From a virus: a stretch of 64,000 nucleotides of DNA. The translations under genes were made by a program, and so were the position numbers. Position 1 is the first letter of the stretch, and each line of letters starts with the position of its first letter. Below are positions 26,794-36,000 of this stretch, piece by piece. Where the stretch lies: positions 32,001-96,000 of IMG/VR virus record IMGVR_UViG_3300044922_000175; one strand, written 5' to 3'. The notes under the pieces were generated by a model. That model made no database searches and had not been told where the DNA came from. It saw nothing but the letters and a program-made list of their open reading frames with translations.

Positions 26794-29700
26794 TTAAGAG
26801 CCCTTAGTTTTCCTTCTGTTAGACATTGCAGATTGTGCTCCTAAAATATTACCACGCTCATCTATATCAATATCACCCATAATACCTCTAACCATAGCAG
26901 CCTGAACTGTAGGATTAGTAGTATCAATACCCATCTCAAGAAAATATTGTTTTAGATCTTTAGCTTGTTGTCCAGGTGTAATTTTTCTACCTGGATTATA
27001 ATAAGTTTTAAGAGCAGCAGGATCAACAAAGAAATTAGGATATAAACTGTTCATTTGATCTGTCATGAATCTATTTTCTAATGCAGCATTTACATAATCT
27101 ACAGCCTCTCTTCTAGCAGCTCTCTTAGAATTATCAAATTGCTGATTAGCAATAACAGTTTTATCATAGAAGTCATTAGCCATTAAAGCATTTCTAAAGT
27201 TTGCTTCATTGTTTATTTGCTTATTAGCTTGTTCAAACTGATTAGCTACACCAACATTTAAGTTATTATATCTACCTAACACATTAGCAGCATTAGCTAA
27301 ACTCTTACCTTGTACATCAGAGAATCTTGTATTGAAAGCTTGTGGTCCTGTAAACTGCGCCAAATTTGCAGAAGCAATATTAGCTAGTTCAGCATTATTA
27401 GCTAACTCCCTATTAGGATCATAGAATGTAGGCTCCATAGGTTCTGGTACAAATTGTGCCATTCTAGGATTATATTTATTAATACTAGCTAAGTCACCAA
27501 CAGCAGCTGCAGTATTTAATACATCTTGAGGATAGAAACCAATAGGTCTTCTTGGAGTTCTAGAAACTTCTAACTCATTTGTTTCAAGTTGTTCTCTATT
27601 AGTTTCTGTATTTGGCTTTTTTGGTTTTTTAGGAATAGCATCATAATATTCAAATCCAAATTTATTATTATCATTACCTAAATCTTTTCTAAATTGTGAT
27701 TCAGGTAAATATCTTTGAAATGCTCTAGAAAATTCTCCAAAGAATTTAGGATCATTATAGATATCTGCATTTGAAATATCAACATTAGGTTTAAAGCCTA
27801 TAATATCATAAGCAGCTTTACGTAATGCTACTTCATTTAATTTATCTGCTTCTTCTTTGCCTAAATTTCTTTCTACAATTTTATATTCATAATCTTGTGG
27901 ATTAAGACCAGCATAAAAATTATTATACTTATTTCCAGTTTTTGCAGAACCACTCTGAACTATATTCTTATAACCATATTCATTTAATATCGGAGTTAAA
28001 CTTTCTAATATATTAAATCTATCATTATAATTTTGTTTATTATCAAGAGCAACTCTATATGTTCCTCTTCCAGCATCCCAAGTAATAATACCTTTATCAA
28101 TATATGGTTTTAATGCTTCGTTTTGAGATTTTAAAACTTTACCTGAAGCATCTACAATACTTATTGTATTACCTTTAGTAATTCTCTTACCTTTACTACC
28201 ATTAGGTAATATAATTTCTTCTACATACTCTTTTTCACCTGTCACTTGACCAGCAGTTTGATATTCTTCTAACTCTCCACCATATTCTTTCTTATTAAGT
28301 ATATCTTGACGTCTATCGTTAATCATACTATCAAGATAGGCATCTGTAATTTGTGAAGATTGTGGTTCTGATTTAGCTTTAGGTTTAGCTTTAATAGTTA
28401 CGGGTTCTATTCTAGCAACATCAATATTAGGATTTTCTCTAGCTGCCTCTAATAATAAAGCAGTATCTTGAGAACCTGCAGGATCAGACATTGTATCTTC
28501 AACTATCTGATTAGCTTGTTCAGGACTAGCATTTTTAAGATATTCTACTTTTTGTTCTGGAGACAAAACTCTATATGCTGCAGCACTGAGAATTCCAACT
28601 GCAGGAGCAGCCTCTAGTCCTGCTGTAACAGCACTAGATATATCTAAATTCTTATAAAAATTTTTGACTGGGTTTACTACTCTTGAAATACCCTGTGAAA
28701 TACCTTCTTGAATAGGTTGTAATCTTTTTGCTAATGGTTTTAAAAGATATTCAGGTTGCATAGGTTTAATAAGTCGACCAAAAGCTAAATAATTAAGAGG
28801 ATCCGTTGCAAAATTATATGAAGGATCCCCAGTAAACATGTAATTTAAATTACCAGACCAGTTAAAAGGATTGAAAGGATTAGATTGTTTAGCATATGCA
28901 GCTCTTTGTTCTGGAGTAGTATTAGCAAAACTTCCGGTTTTCCAAAATCCTTTTCCATCAGGAAGTGTTTGATTTGAACTATTAGAATTAACACTCTGTC
29001 CAATCTGAGCTTTAGGAATACCACCATATCTAGCCATCATCATACCTTCTTCAGGTGATGGTGGTAAGAACTGGGCTGGATCTAATCCTACTTTATTCAT
29101 GTAAGGCATAGCAATCTGTGGAACACCTTGTGGAAATCCTTTCTGTGATTCTTGTACAAGAGCTAACTTACCTAAATTAGAGATGTAGTTATCAGCCATC
29201 ATAACAGCTGTCTTTTTACGTAAGGGGTCACTATCAGAATATAAACCTTCGCGCAACTCTTTACTATTAAGATCAAACTTCTTAGAAATTTTAGCTGGAG
29301 TGTAACCACCTTTCTTAGCAGCAAAACCAAAAGATTCTAATATAGCGGGATCTTTAATCTTCATAGCTTTTGTATCCGAGTAAATAAAACTATCTGGTGT
29401 AGCTTTTTCTCCAGACAATGGTGTACCACCTTCTGAGTGACGCTTGCCACCAATTTTAAAGAACTCAGGAATTGCACTATTAGTACCTTTACGTATTAAA
29501 GTCTCTCCTTTCTCTGCTTCTAATACAGACATAGATCTAGGATCCGGTTGTAATGTCTGGTTATATGCAGGTTCTTGTTCTTCTTGTTCTGCACCAGAAA
29601 ACTTATTAACCATATAAGCTGAGTTACCATATAACTGGTTAACAGCATTTTGATTCTGACTACCACCATATCCAGCTTGGGGTAAACTTGTAATTTTTAC

Positions 29701-30378
29701 TTTTCTTTTCATTTCTCCACCCATTTGGGCCTCTTTATTGTAATCACCTTTTATATAATCATCTGGTCTGAAACCAGGACCAAAAGCAAATTCATTAAAA
29801 TTATAGTCACCTCTGTTACCAGACTGACCCTCTTCTCTGGCATATGCTAAATTATCTGATAAAAACTGATCTCTAAGATCACGCTTTGCAAATCTATTAT
29901 CTATTTGATTTGCTAAACCACGGAATATATCTGTGCCAGCTAAGATTGCTTGACCAACATAAGGATTACCTTTTTGATTTTGACTATTTGCATCTGTAAA
30001 ATTCTTAAGATAATTACTTTTATCCTGTGCAGCTAATATACTTGGAGGAGTAGTAGATGCCACTTCTCCCTCTCTTAAAGTTTGCTCTTGATTACGTATG
30101 TCTTGAGACATTCTAGAACCAGGAATACTAGGATCGTATGTAGGAATACCAAAATCTTTTTTTCTTTTAAAAAAATCACCGGTCATACTTAATTTTCCAT
30201 TCTGTTTCTCCCATTGCTGTTGCGTAGGAACATTTAATCCCATCATATCAGGAGTAATAGCTTTAGGCATACTTCCTAATGGAGGATAAATATCATAAGG
30301 TTTAATGCCTTGTGATGGAATATTATTAAAACCCATTTGAGCTTTTGGTAAGCTCTTAACTCTTACTTTCTTTTTCAT
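26794..30378 (-). CDS. Head cargo protein with GG-motif repeats
   Basis: 1194 aa. EAEKGETL...HSEGGTPL segment typical of crAss-like structural proteins. Duplicated MKxKV(R/K)xxSLPxA(Q/G)xG leader. Asn/Gln-rich coiled C-terminus. Confidence 0.55.
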   Translation of the reverse strand: MKKKVRVKSLPKAQMGFNNIPSQGIKPYDIYPPLGSMPKAITPDMMGLNVPTQQQWEKQNGKLSMTGDFFKRKKDFGIPTYDPSIPGSRMSQDIRNQEQTLREGEVASTTPPSILAAQDKSNYLKNFTDANSQNQKGNPYVGQAILAGTDIFRGLANQIDNRFAKRDLRDQFLSDNLAYAREEGQSGNRGDYNFNEFAFGPGFRPDDYIKGDYNKEAQMGGEMKRKVKITSLPQAGYGGSQNQNAVNQLYGNSAYMVNKFSGAEQEEQEPAYNQTLQPDPRSMSVLEAEKGETLIRKGTNSAIPEFFKIGGKRHSEGGTPLSGEKATPDSFIYSDTKAMKIKDPAILESFGFAAKKGGYTPAKISKKFDLNSKELREGLYSDSDPLRKKTAVMMADNYISNLGKLALVQESQKGFPQGVPQIAMPYMNKVGLDPAQFLPPSPEEGMMMARYGGIPKAQIGQSVNSNSSNQTLPDGKGFWKTGSFANTTPEQRAAYAKQSNPFNPFNWSGNLNYMFTGDPSYNFATDPLNYLAFGRLIKPMQPEYLLKPLAKRLQPIQEGISQGISRVVNPVKNFYKNLDISSAVTAGLEAAPAVGILSAAAYRVLSPEQKVEYLKNASPEQANQIVEDTMSDPAGSQDTALLLEAARENPNIDVARIEPVTIKAKPKAKSEPQSSQITDAYLDSMINDRRQDILNKKEYGGELEEYQTAGQVTGEKEYVEEIILPNGSKGKRITKGNTISIVDASGKVLKSQNEALKPYIDKGIITWDAGRGTYRVALDNKQNYNDRFNILESLTPILNEYGYKNIVQSGSAKTGNKYNNFYAGLNPQDYEYKIVERNLGKEEADKLNEVALRKAAYDIIGFKPNVDISNADIYNDPKFFGEFSRAFQRYLPESQFRKDLGNDNNKFGFEYYDAIPKKPKKPNTETNREQLETNELEVSRTPRRPIGFYPQDVLNTAAAVGDLASINKYNPRMAQFVPEPMEPTFYDPNRELANNAELANIASANLAQFTGPQAFNTRFSDVQGKSLANAANVLGRYNNLNVGVANQFEQANKQINNEANFRNALMANDFYDKTVIANQQFDNSKRAARREAVDYVNAALENRFMTDQMNSLYPNFFVDPAALKTYYNPGRKITPGQQAKDLKQYFLEMGIDTTNPTVQAAMVRGIMGDIDIDERGNILGAQSAMSNRRKTKGS

Positions 30379-30382
30379 TGTA

Positions 30383-32710
30383 TTAGTCTAAATACTCAAT
30401 ACCATAACCCTGATCAATCAATGCTTGAATCTCATCAGGATGTAATTCTAATTCAGAACCTTGAGTCATACCACCAAATTGTTTCTTCCAACCTGCGGCA
30501 TTTCTAGCAAAGTTAGCTCTTTTAACTTGTGTTGCACTATAGTCCTCTTTATTTGCAAGTACCTTTCTAGCAAATTCTTGCACACCCATACCGGCTCTAT
30601 TAGCTGACTCAGTAAATTTACCTTTGTTAGCAGGATTAATATAGATACCACCATTCTTCATCTGACCAGTTTGTCCTTGTTGAATAGCTTGCATAATTTT
30701 TTGAATAGCTTCTTGTTGCTCTAAAGGAGGTAACTGTTGTAACATCATCATAAGTTGTTCAGGATCTGTTTGAGTCATCTGTGCATACATTTGAATAGCT
30801 TGCATCATTTCATCTTGTTGACCACCTTGTTGATATACATTACCACCACACTCGTAACAAGGTTGTCCACCTTTACCATACCATGCATTTCCACTAAATG
30901 TAGAACCACCCTTCATCATATTATACATAGCATCCATATCCATTTGACCACCATACATATCAATATCACCACCATACATTCTTCTACCCATTTTACGGAG
31001 TTCTTTATTTGATGGAGTTTGATCAGTGCCTAGTCTTGGATCATTAGAATTCATAAACTCCTGATAACCTCTTTGCTTACGAGCAGCTCTAATTTCAGAG
31101 GCAATAACACCAGCAGCAGTTCCAATACCTAAACCAATACCAGTTATTGTATCATTACGTTTCTTTTTCTTAGCAGCAGCTTCTGCAGCGGCAGCTTTTT
31201 GTTCTTCTGTTAAAGCAGGACCACCTTCTTGAAATCTACGGGCTTGTTGATCAAACGCAGACTTCTGTAAATTAGTACCTTGATTATATACTTTACCGGT
31301 ATTAGGATCCACACCTTGACTAAATGTAGTTGAACTAGAAATACTTCCTGGTGCAGAACTAAATATCCTATCTCCTTTCTGATCTACAAGTGATTGAGGA
31401 TTAGAGGACTGATAATAAGAATAAATATCATTACGTGATGGTACTTCTTTTACACCAGCTTTATTAAATTGCTGAAGCTGTTGATTATAATACTGTTCAA
31501 ATCTAGGATCAGCACCAACACCAGGAGACATAAATGTATTAATAGGAGCAGAACCATAGGTTCCTCCTTCTGCCATATTAGATAATATCTTAGCTTGTAC
31601 GTAAGAAGGTAATGCTTGGAATCCTGCATTACTCGGCTCACCACCATTAGCCCAAGTACCAAAACGTTTATGCCAGTATAAAGGAGAGAAAGGATCTGTA
31701 GCTTTAGATGAGTTTTTACCACCCATTCTATTCCAGAAATTATCTTTACGTTTCTTAGAACCATGTTGGCTAAAGTCTTTCATACCAACATAACCACCAT
31801 GTACAATTTTATACTTATCACCTTTCTTAGCTAGTACCATCCATTTCTTACCAGCTCTATCAGATTTTCTTTTAGCACCTACTTTAGTAAACCCTCTATT
31901 TTTATAACGCTGAGGAATACCACCCATCTTCATCTCTTCCATCTCACCCATGTTCATATCAATATCTTCTTCCTCTTCCGGTCCTTCTTCAGAACCTTCA
32001 TTGAATTGCATATAGTCAGCAACAGATGTAAGATAATCATCAGCTAAAGTTAACTTACTAGCTACCCAAGGCTCAACCTCTGATTCACCATTAATGAAGT
32101 TTTGCAATCTAGCAATCTTATCATTCATAGCCATTATTTGACCCATTGCCATTTCACCACCCTCATCATAATAATTATCACGCATCATCATACCTACACC
32201 ACCCATTCCCATAGCTGGCATACCCATAAATTTCATAGCAAGATTAGCCATTTTCATTTTATCTTCACCATTTCCTTCACCATTATCCATTCCTTGACCT
32301 ATAGCCATTGCAGTATTTTTTAAGAAATCACCAACAGGCTTTTGAATATTATTGCTATTATACTCATTTACTTTATCATAGTAACTACCAAGAGATTCAT
32401 AGTTATTAGGATATTGAAACATGTCTTGTCCCATACTACCACCAGTTTGAGCTTTTCTATATCCACCACCACGGCTCTTGTAAGTCTTAACAAGCCATGC
32501 AGAACCATAAGCTGAAGGCCAGGTATCAAATTTAGATTTAGCTTCTGATTTAACTCTAGAATATAACTCAGGATTAGTAGGAACATTACCACCCTTTTTC
32601 ATTTCTACAGCTTGTGGATAGGCTTTAAAAAATGCTTCTTCTGTAGGGAACATCTTATAGAACTCCTTCTCAGATTTAACACCAGCCATTTTTAAAAATT
32701 TATCTTTCAT
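30383..32710 (-). CDS. Modular head cargo protein made of short basic domains separated by GG motifs
   Basis: 775 aa, Met/Gly-rich, more than 15 xxGG motifs (MKKGG, AQTGG, DEGG, MKMGG, ANGG, AEGG, FQEGG, MYGG, QQGG, MKNGG, QFGG). Confidence 0.6.
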   Translation of the reverse strand: MKDKFLKMAGVKSEKEFYKMFPTEEAFFKAYPQAVEMKKGGNVPTNPELYSRVKSEAKSKFDTWPSAYGSAWLVKTYKSRGGGYRKAQTGGSMGQDMFQYPNNYESLGSYYDKVNEYNSNNIQKPVGDFLKNTAMAIGQGMDNGEGNGEDKMKMANLAMKFMGMPAMGMGGVGMMMRDNYYDEGGEMAMGQIMAMNDKIARLQNFINGESEVEPWVASKLTLADDYLTSVADYMQFNEGSEEGPEEEEDIDMNMGEMEEMKMGGIPQRYKNRGFTKVGAKRKSDRAGKKWMVLAKKGDKYKIVHGGYVGMKDFSQHGSKKRKDNFWNRMGGKNSSKATDPFSPLYWHKRFGTWANGGEPSNAGFQALPSYVQAKILSNMAEGGTYGSAPINTFMSPGVGADPRFEQYYNQQLQQFNKAGVKEVPSRNDIYSYYQSSNPQSLVDQKGDRIFSSAPGSISSSTTFSQGVDPNTGKVYNQGTNLQKSAFDQQARRFQEGGPALTEEQKAAAAEAAAKKKKRNDTITGIGLGIGTAAGVIASEIRAARKQRGYQEFMNSNDPRLGTDQTPSNKELRKMGRRMYGGDIDMYGGQMDMDAMYNMMKGGSTFSGNAWYGKGGQPCYECGGNVYQQGGQQDEMMQAIQMYAQMTQTDPEQLMMMLQQLPPLEQQEAIQKIMQAIQQGQTGQMKNGGIYINPANKGKFTESANRAGMGVQEFARKVLANKEDYSATQVKRANFARNAAGWKKQFGGMTQGSELELHPDEIQALIDQGYGIEYLD

Positions 32711-32711
32711 T

Positions 32712-35700
32712 TTAGTTATTGTATTTGTTTAGCCAACTAGTTTGGCCGCCTTGTTTTTGTTCTTGTAACTGTGATGCTGCAACTGCTGCAGGTGGAACCG
32801 CCCATAGTCTATTAAATAGATAAGCTAATTTTTTAGGATCTCTATCTATAATATTAAGAAATTTAGGATCTACAAATGTTTGATCAGCTGCTTCATCTAT
32901 AATATTTATTATATTTTTAGCTTGACCTGGAGTAACATTTTTAGATTGTTCAGGTGTCATGTTTAAAGCTTTTCTCAATTGCATAATTCTTGCATGCACT
33001 TCAGTAGGATTAGCCAAATAACCAGATATAGCATTTTCTCTTCCCATAAGTTTATTAGCGTCTAAACCTTGATCATATAATTGTTTCCATTTATTTGAAT
33101 TTAATCTTACTTCATCAGATAATGTTTTTCTTATATCTCCCATTTGTCCAGATTCTTTTAATAAAAAATCTGAAGTCCAATCATGTGTTCCTTCATGTGC
33201 AGTTATTGAAGATCTTTGATTTTGAGGAATATTAATATCTCTACTAACCCAACTACCATATCTTGGATTAGTATTTGCTTTTTCTAAAATTCTTCTTGTA
33301 TCTGGAGAATAATTATATAAATAACTTATACCTTTATTACCAGAATGAATATGTGAATTAGGATTCTTTAAAAATAAACTTTCACCAAGATCTTGTATTT
33401 GATTTGATATAGGGTATTGTTTTGTATTAGGTACAAAAGATTTAGCTTGCTCATAACCTAAATCAAATTTATCTTTTAAGATATTACCTCTTTGTGGAAT
33501 CCAGCCTAAGTCTGTATCTATTTTGGCCTGAGTTACTGGATCATTAATCCAATTTTTTAACCAAGTATTTCCTTCAGCAATAGCAGCTTTATTGCCTCTG
33601 TTTCTTACTGCACCTAATAGTTCATTCGCAATATTTTTAATATGACCTCCTACTGGTGGTGTAGCTGACATCTGACCTACATTAGAAACTTCTACAGGTT
33701 TGTATCCAAGCAACCAATCTTTTTGTAATAATCTTATATTAGGGTCGTCTATAGGTAAATGTCCTAATTGTGAAGTTTTAACGCCAGGTGTAATATTTCC
33801 TAAGTAAACTTCATCAACCCACTCTGGATTTAAAGGAACAGCTCCTGCATCTTTATTATTAAAAATAATCTGGTTAGGTTCTATATTTTTAACCTGTAAA
33901 ACATCAATTCCTTTGGCTTCTATTAACGCATCTGGATTATAATAAAGAGCAGTTTTAAACTCATTTGGTCTTGCAAAATAAGGAGAAGGAAATAAATCTT
34001 GATCTCTTGATTTAATCACACGTGACTCTAATGCGTCCTTTATTCCTTCTTTACCTACCCCTCTATAATATGCTTCAGGATTAGGTTTAAATGCCCAAGG
34101 ATTATATTTGTATGTATTTTTTAAAGGAGTTTGAGTTGTAAGATATTTTCCTGCTGACTTCAGGAGTCCACGTAATTCTGCAGTAGCTGGTATAACATTA
34201 ATAGCATTAAAACCAGCATCAAGAGCATTACCAGCAGCTTCACTAAAATTACCTTTAGCTAAGTTGTTTACACCCATTGCAGTATTACCTACTAAATCAA
34301 TTCCAGAAAATGGAAGAAATGCCGGATTAACAATGTCTAATACATAGTCTAATGGATCAGCAGAACCTTTACGTTGTTCTGCTTGAGATACAAATGAACT
34401 AGCTTCTCTTGCTTTCTCATAAGCAGATTTAGTTTCTCCTTGACTAATACTACCTACACGTTTAGCATACTCTGCAGCTTCAGCTGCTTTTCTATTAGCT
34501 GCACTAACGTTTGTATTTTGATTAACTACTCTTGTATTATCTGAGTATCCGGCATTACCTGCAGGACTAGTTCTCATATAGGGCTTACCTACATTAGGTG
34601 TCCAACCAGCCCAACCACCTGTCTGGAATTGATCTAACCATCCTCCATACTTCTTATTTTCTGGATAGTCATAACTATAACCTCTACCTTCAGTTACTTT
34701 AGCTTTACTAATATCTAAGTTATTTGCAGCTTTCCAATCCTGGAACTCTTTCTCAGTTCTAAATGATTTCCGGTTACCATCTTGTAATGTAACACCAATG
34801 TTATATTCTCTAGCCATTCCACCATTAGGGGTATACATATCTCTATCTATATTAGATACAAATAAAGAAGGCTTAGGTGGTTCTACTACTGGAGTATTAA
34901 CTACATCAGGAACAACTTCTGGTTTTTTATATACGTATGGTTGAACAGGTTTTTTAAATCTAAAAACAGAATTTAAATCTGGAGTAACACCAGTTAATCC
35001 TAAATCTAGAAAATCTTCTTTAGTTACACTAACAGGCCACATTCTATTTTTTCTAGCAGCATTATTTTTAATCTGAGCAGCAGTTAGTCCAACATTATAA
35101 GGTAACCATTGACCATCAGGTCTCGTTGCTCTATGATGATACGTTTGTTTTGGATTAGGTGTAAGATAATCAGATATTTTAGTTTCTAAATAATTATTTC
35201 CTGGTTTTTCATAAAGATGAGTAAATCCACCCACAACACCCGAACGAGGTCTTAGATAATGATGCATCATTTCTTCTACAGGTTTTATTATTATATTCTC
35301 ATTATAAGGAGAAGGACCTTTAGGTTTATTAGGACCCCAATACTGATTAAATAAATCATTACCTTGTAAAGAAGCAGTTTGTATATTATTTAGTCTAGTC
35401 CAGTTTTTATATTTATCAAAGGATGGTTGATATTTATTATATAAATTTAAACTATCCTGATAAAGTTGTACTTTTCTTGGATTAGATGTATAGATAGGAG
35501 GTAATGTTCCACCAGTTTGATATTCATCTAACCAACCTGTCTCACCACCCTCTTCTCTACGCTTATGATTATAGTCTATACGCTTACCAGATGTTTTCTC
35601 TCTTTTAAATCTAGCTTTCTCTGCTGATGATAATTCTGATGATGTCTTAGGGGTTGTTTCATTTACCCGTTTGCTTGGTCTGCATGCAGGATAAGGTCTA

Positions 35701-35996
35701 GAGTTTTTATCTTTACCTGATCTACCACATGTCTTACCTGTCTTAACATCCACCCATTTTTCATCAAACCACTGTCTTAAACCACCTTTACCCATCTGAG
35801 GTATCTCAGTTACATAGTCACCGGGGAATGTATAATCCTGACCGGGCATCATCATTTGCTGATTACCTAAATCATCTATACCTAATACAGGATAGTTAAC
35901 CCCCTTCATTGTTATATTAGAAGAGGGTATAATTGTAACTTCACCGGGATATGCCCACTGACCTAAAGGAGATATGATAGGTTTTTTTCTAGCCAT
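32712..35996 (-). CDS. Modular cargo protein with GG motifs, possible ADP-ribosyltransferase-like segment and C-terminal zincin
   Basis: 1094 aa. HEGTH at 33183-33197 with later PTEVHAR. YYRGVG...PSPYF segment. Repeated GG...WL(D/N)x(Y/F). Confidence 0.55.
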   Translation of the reverse strand: MARKKPIISPLGQWAYPGEVTIIPSSNITMKGVNYPVLGIDDLGNQQMMMPGQDYTFPGDYVTEIPQMGKGGLRQWFDEKWVDVKTGKTCGRSGKDKNSRPYPACRPSKRVNETTPKTSSELSSAEKARFKREKTSGKRIDYNHKRREEGGETGWLDEYQTGGTLPPIYTSNPRKVQLYQDSLNLYNKYQPSFDKYKNWTRLNNIQTASLQGNDLFNQYWGPNKPKGPSPYNENIIIKPVEEMMHHYLRPRSGVVGGFTHLYEKPGNNYLETKISDYLTPNPKQTYHHRATRPDGQWLPYNVGLTAAQIKNNAARKNRMWPVSVTKEDFLDLGLTGVTPDLNSVFRFKKPVQPYVYKKPEVVPDVVNTPVVEPPKPSLFVSNIDRDMYTPNGGMAREYNIGVTLQDGNRKSFRTEKEFQDWKAANNLDISKAKVTEGRGYSYDYPENKKYGGWLDQFQTGGWAGWTPNVGKPYMRTSPAGNAGYSDNTRVVNQNTNVSAANRKAAEAAEYAKRVGSISQGETKSAYEKAREASSFVSQAEQRKGSADPLDYVLDIVNPAFLPFSGIDLVGNTAMGVNNLAKGNFSEAAGNALDAGFNAINVIPATAELRGLLKSAGKYLTTQTPLKNTYKYNPWAFKPNPEAYYRGVGKEGIKDALESRVIKSRDQDLFPSPYFARPNEFKTALYYNPDALIEAKGIDVLQVKNIEPNQIIFNNKDAGAVPLNPEWVDEVYLGNITPGVKTSQLGHLPIDDPNIRLLQKDWLLGYKPVEVSNVGQMSATPPVGGHIKNIANELLGAVRNRGNKAAIAEGNTWLKNWINDPVTQAKIDTDLGWIPQRGNILKDKFDLGYEQAKSFVPNTKQYPISNQIQDLGESLFLKNPNSHIHSGNKGISYLYNYSPDTRRILEKANTNPRYGSWVSRDINIPQNQRSSITAHEGTHDWTSDFLLKESGQMGDIRKTLSDEVRLNSNKWKQLYDQGLDANKLMGRENAISGYLANPTEVHARIMQLRKALNMTPEQSKNVTPGQAKNIINIIDEAADQTFVDPKFLNIIDRDPKKLAYLFNRLWAVPPAAVAASQLQEQKQGGQTSWLNKYNN

Positions 35997-36000
35997 TTTA

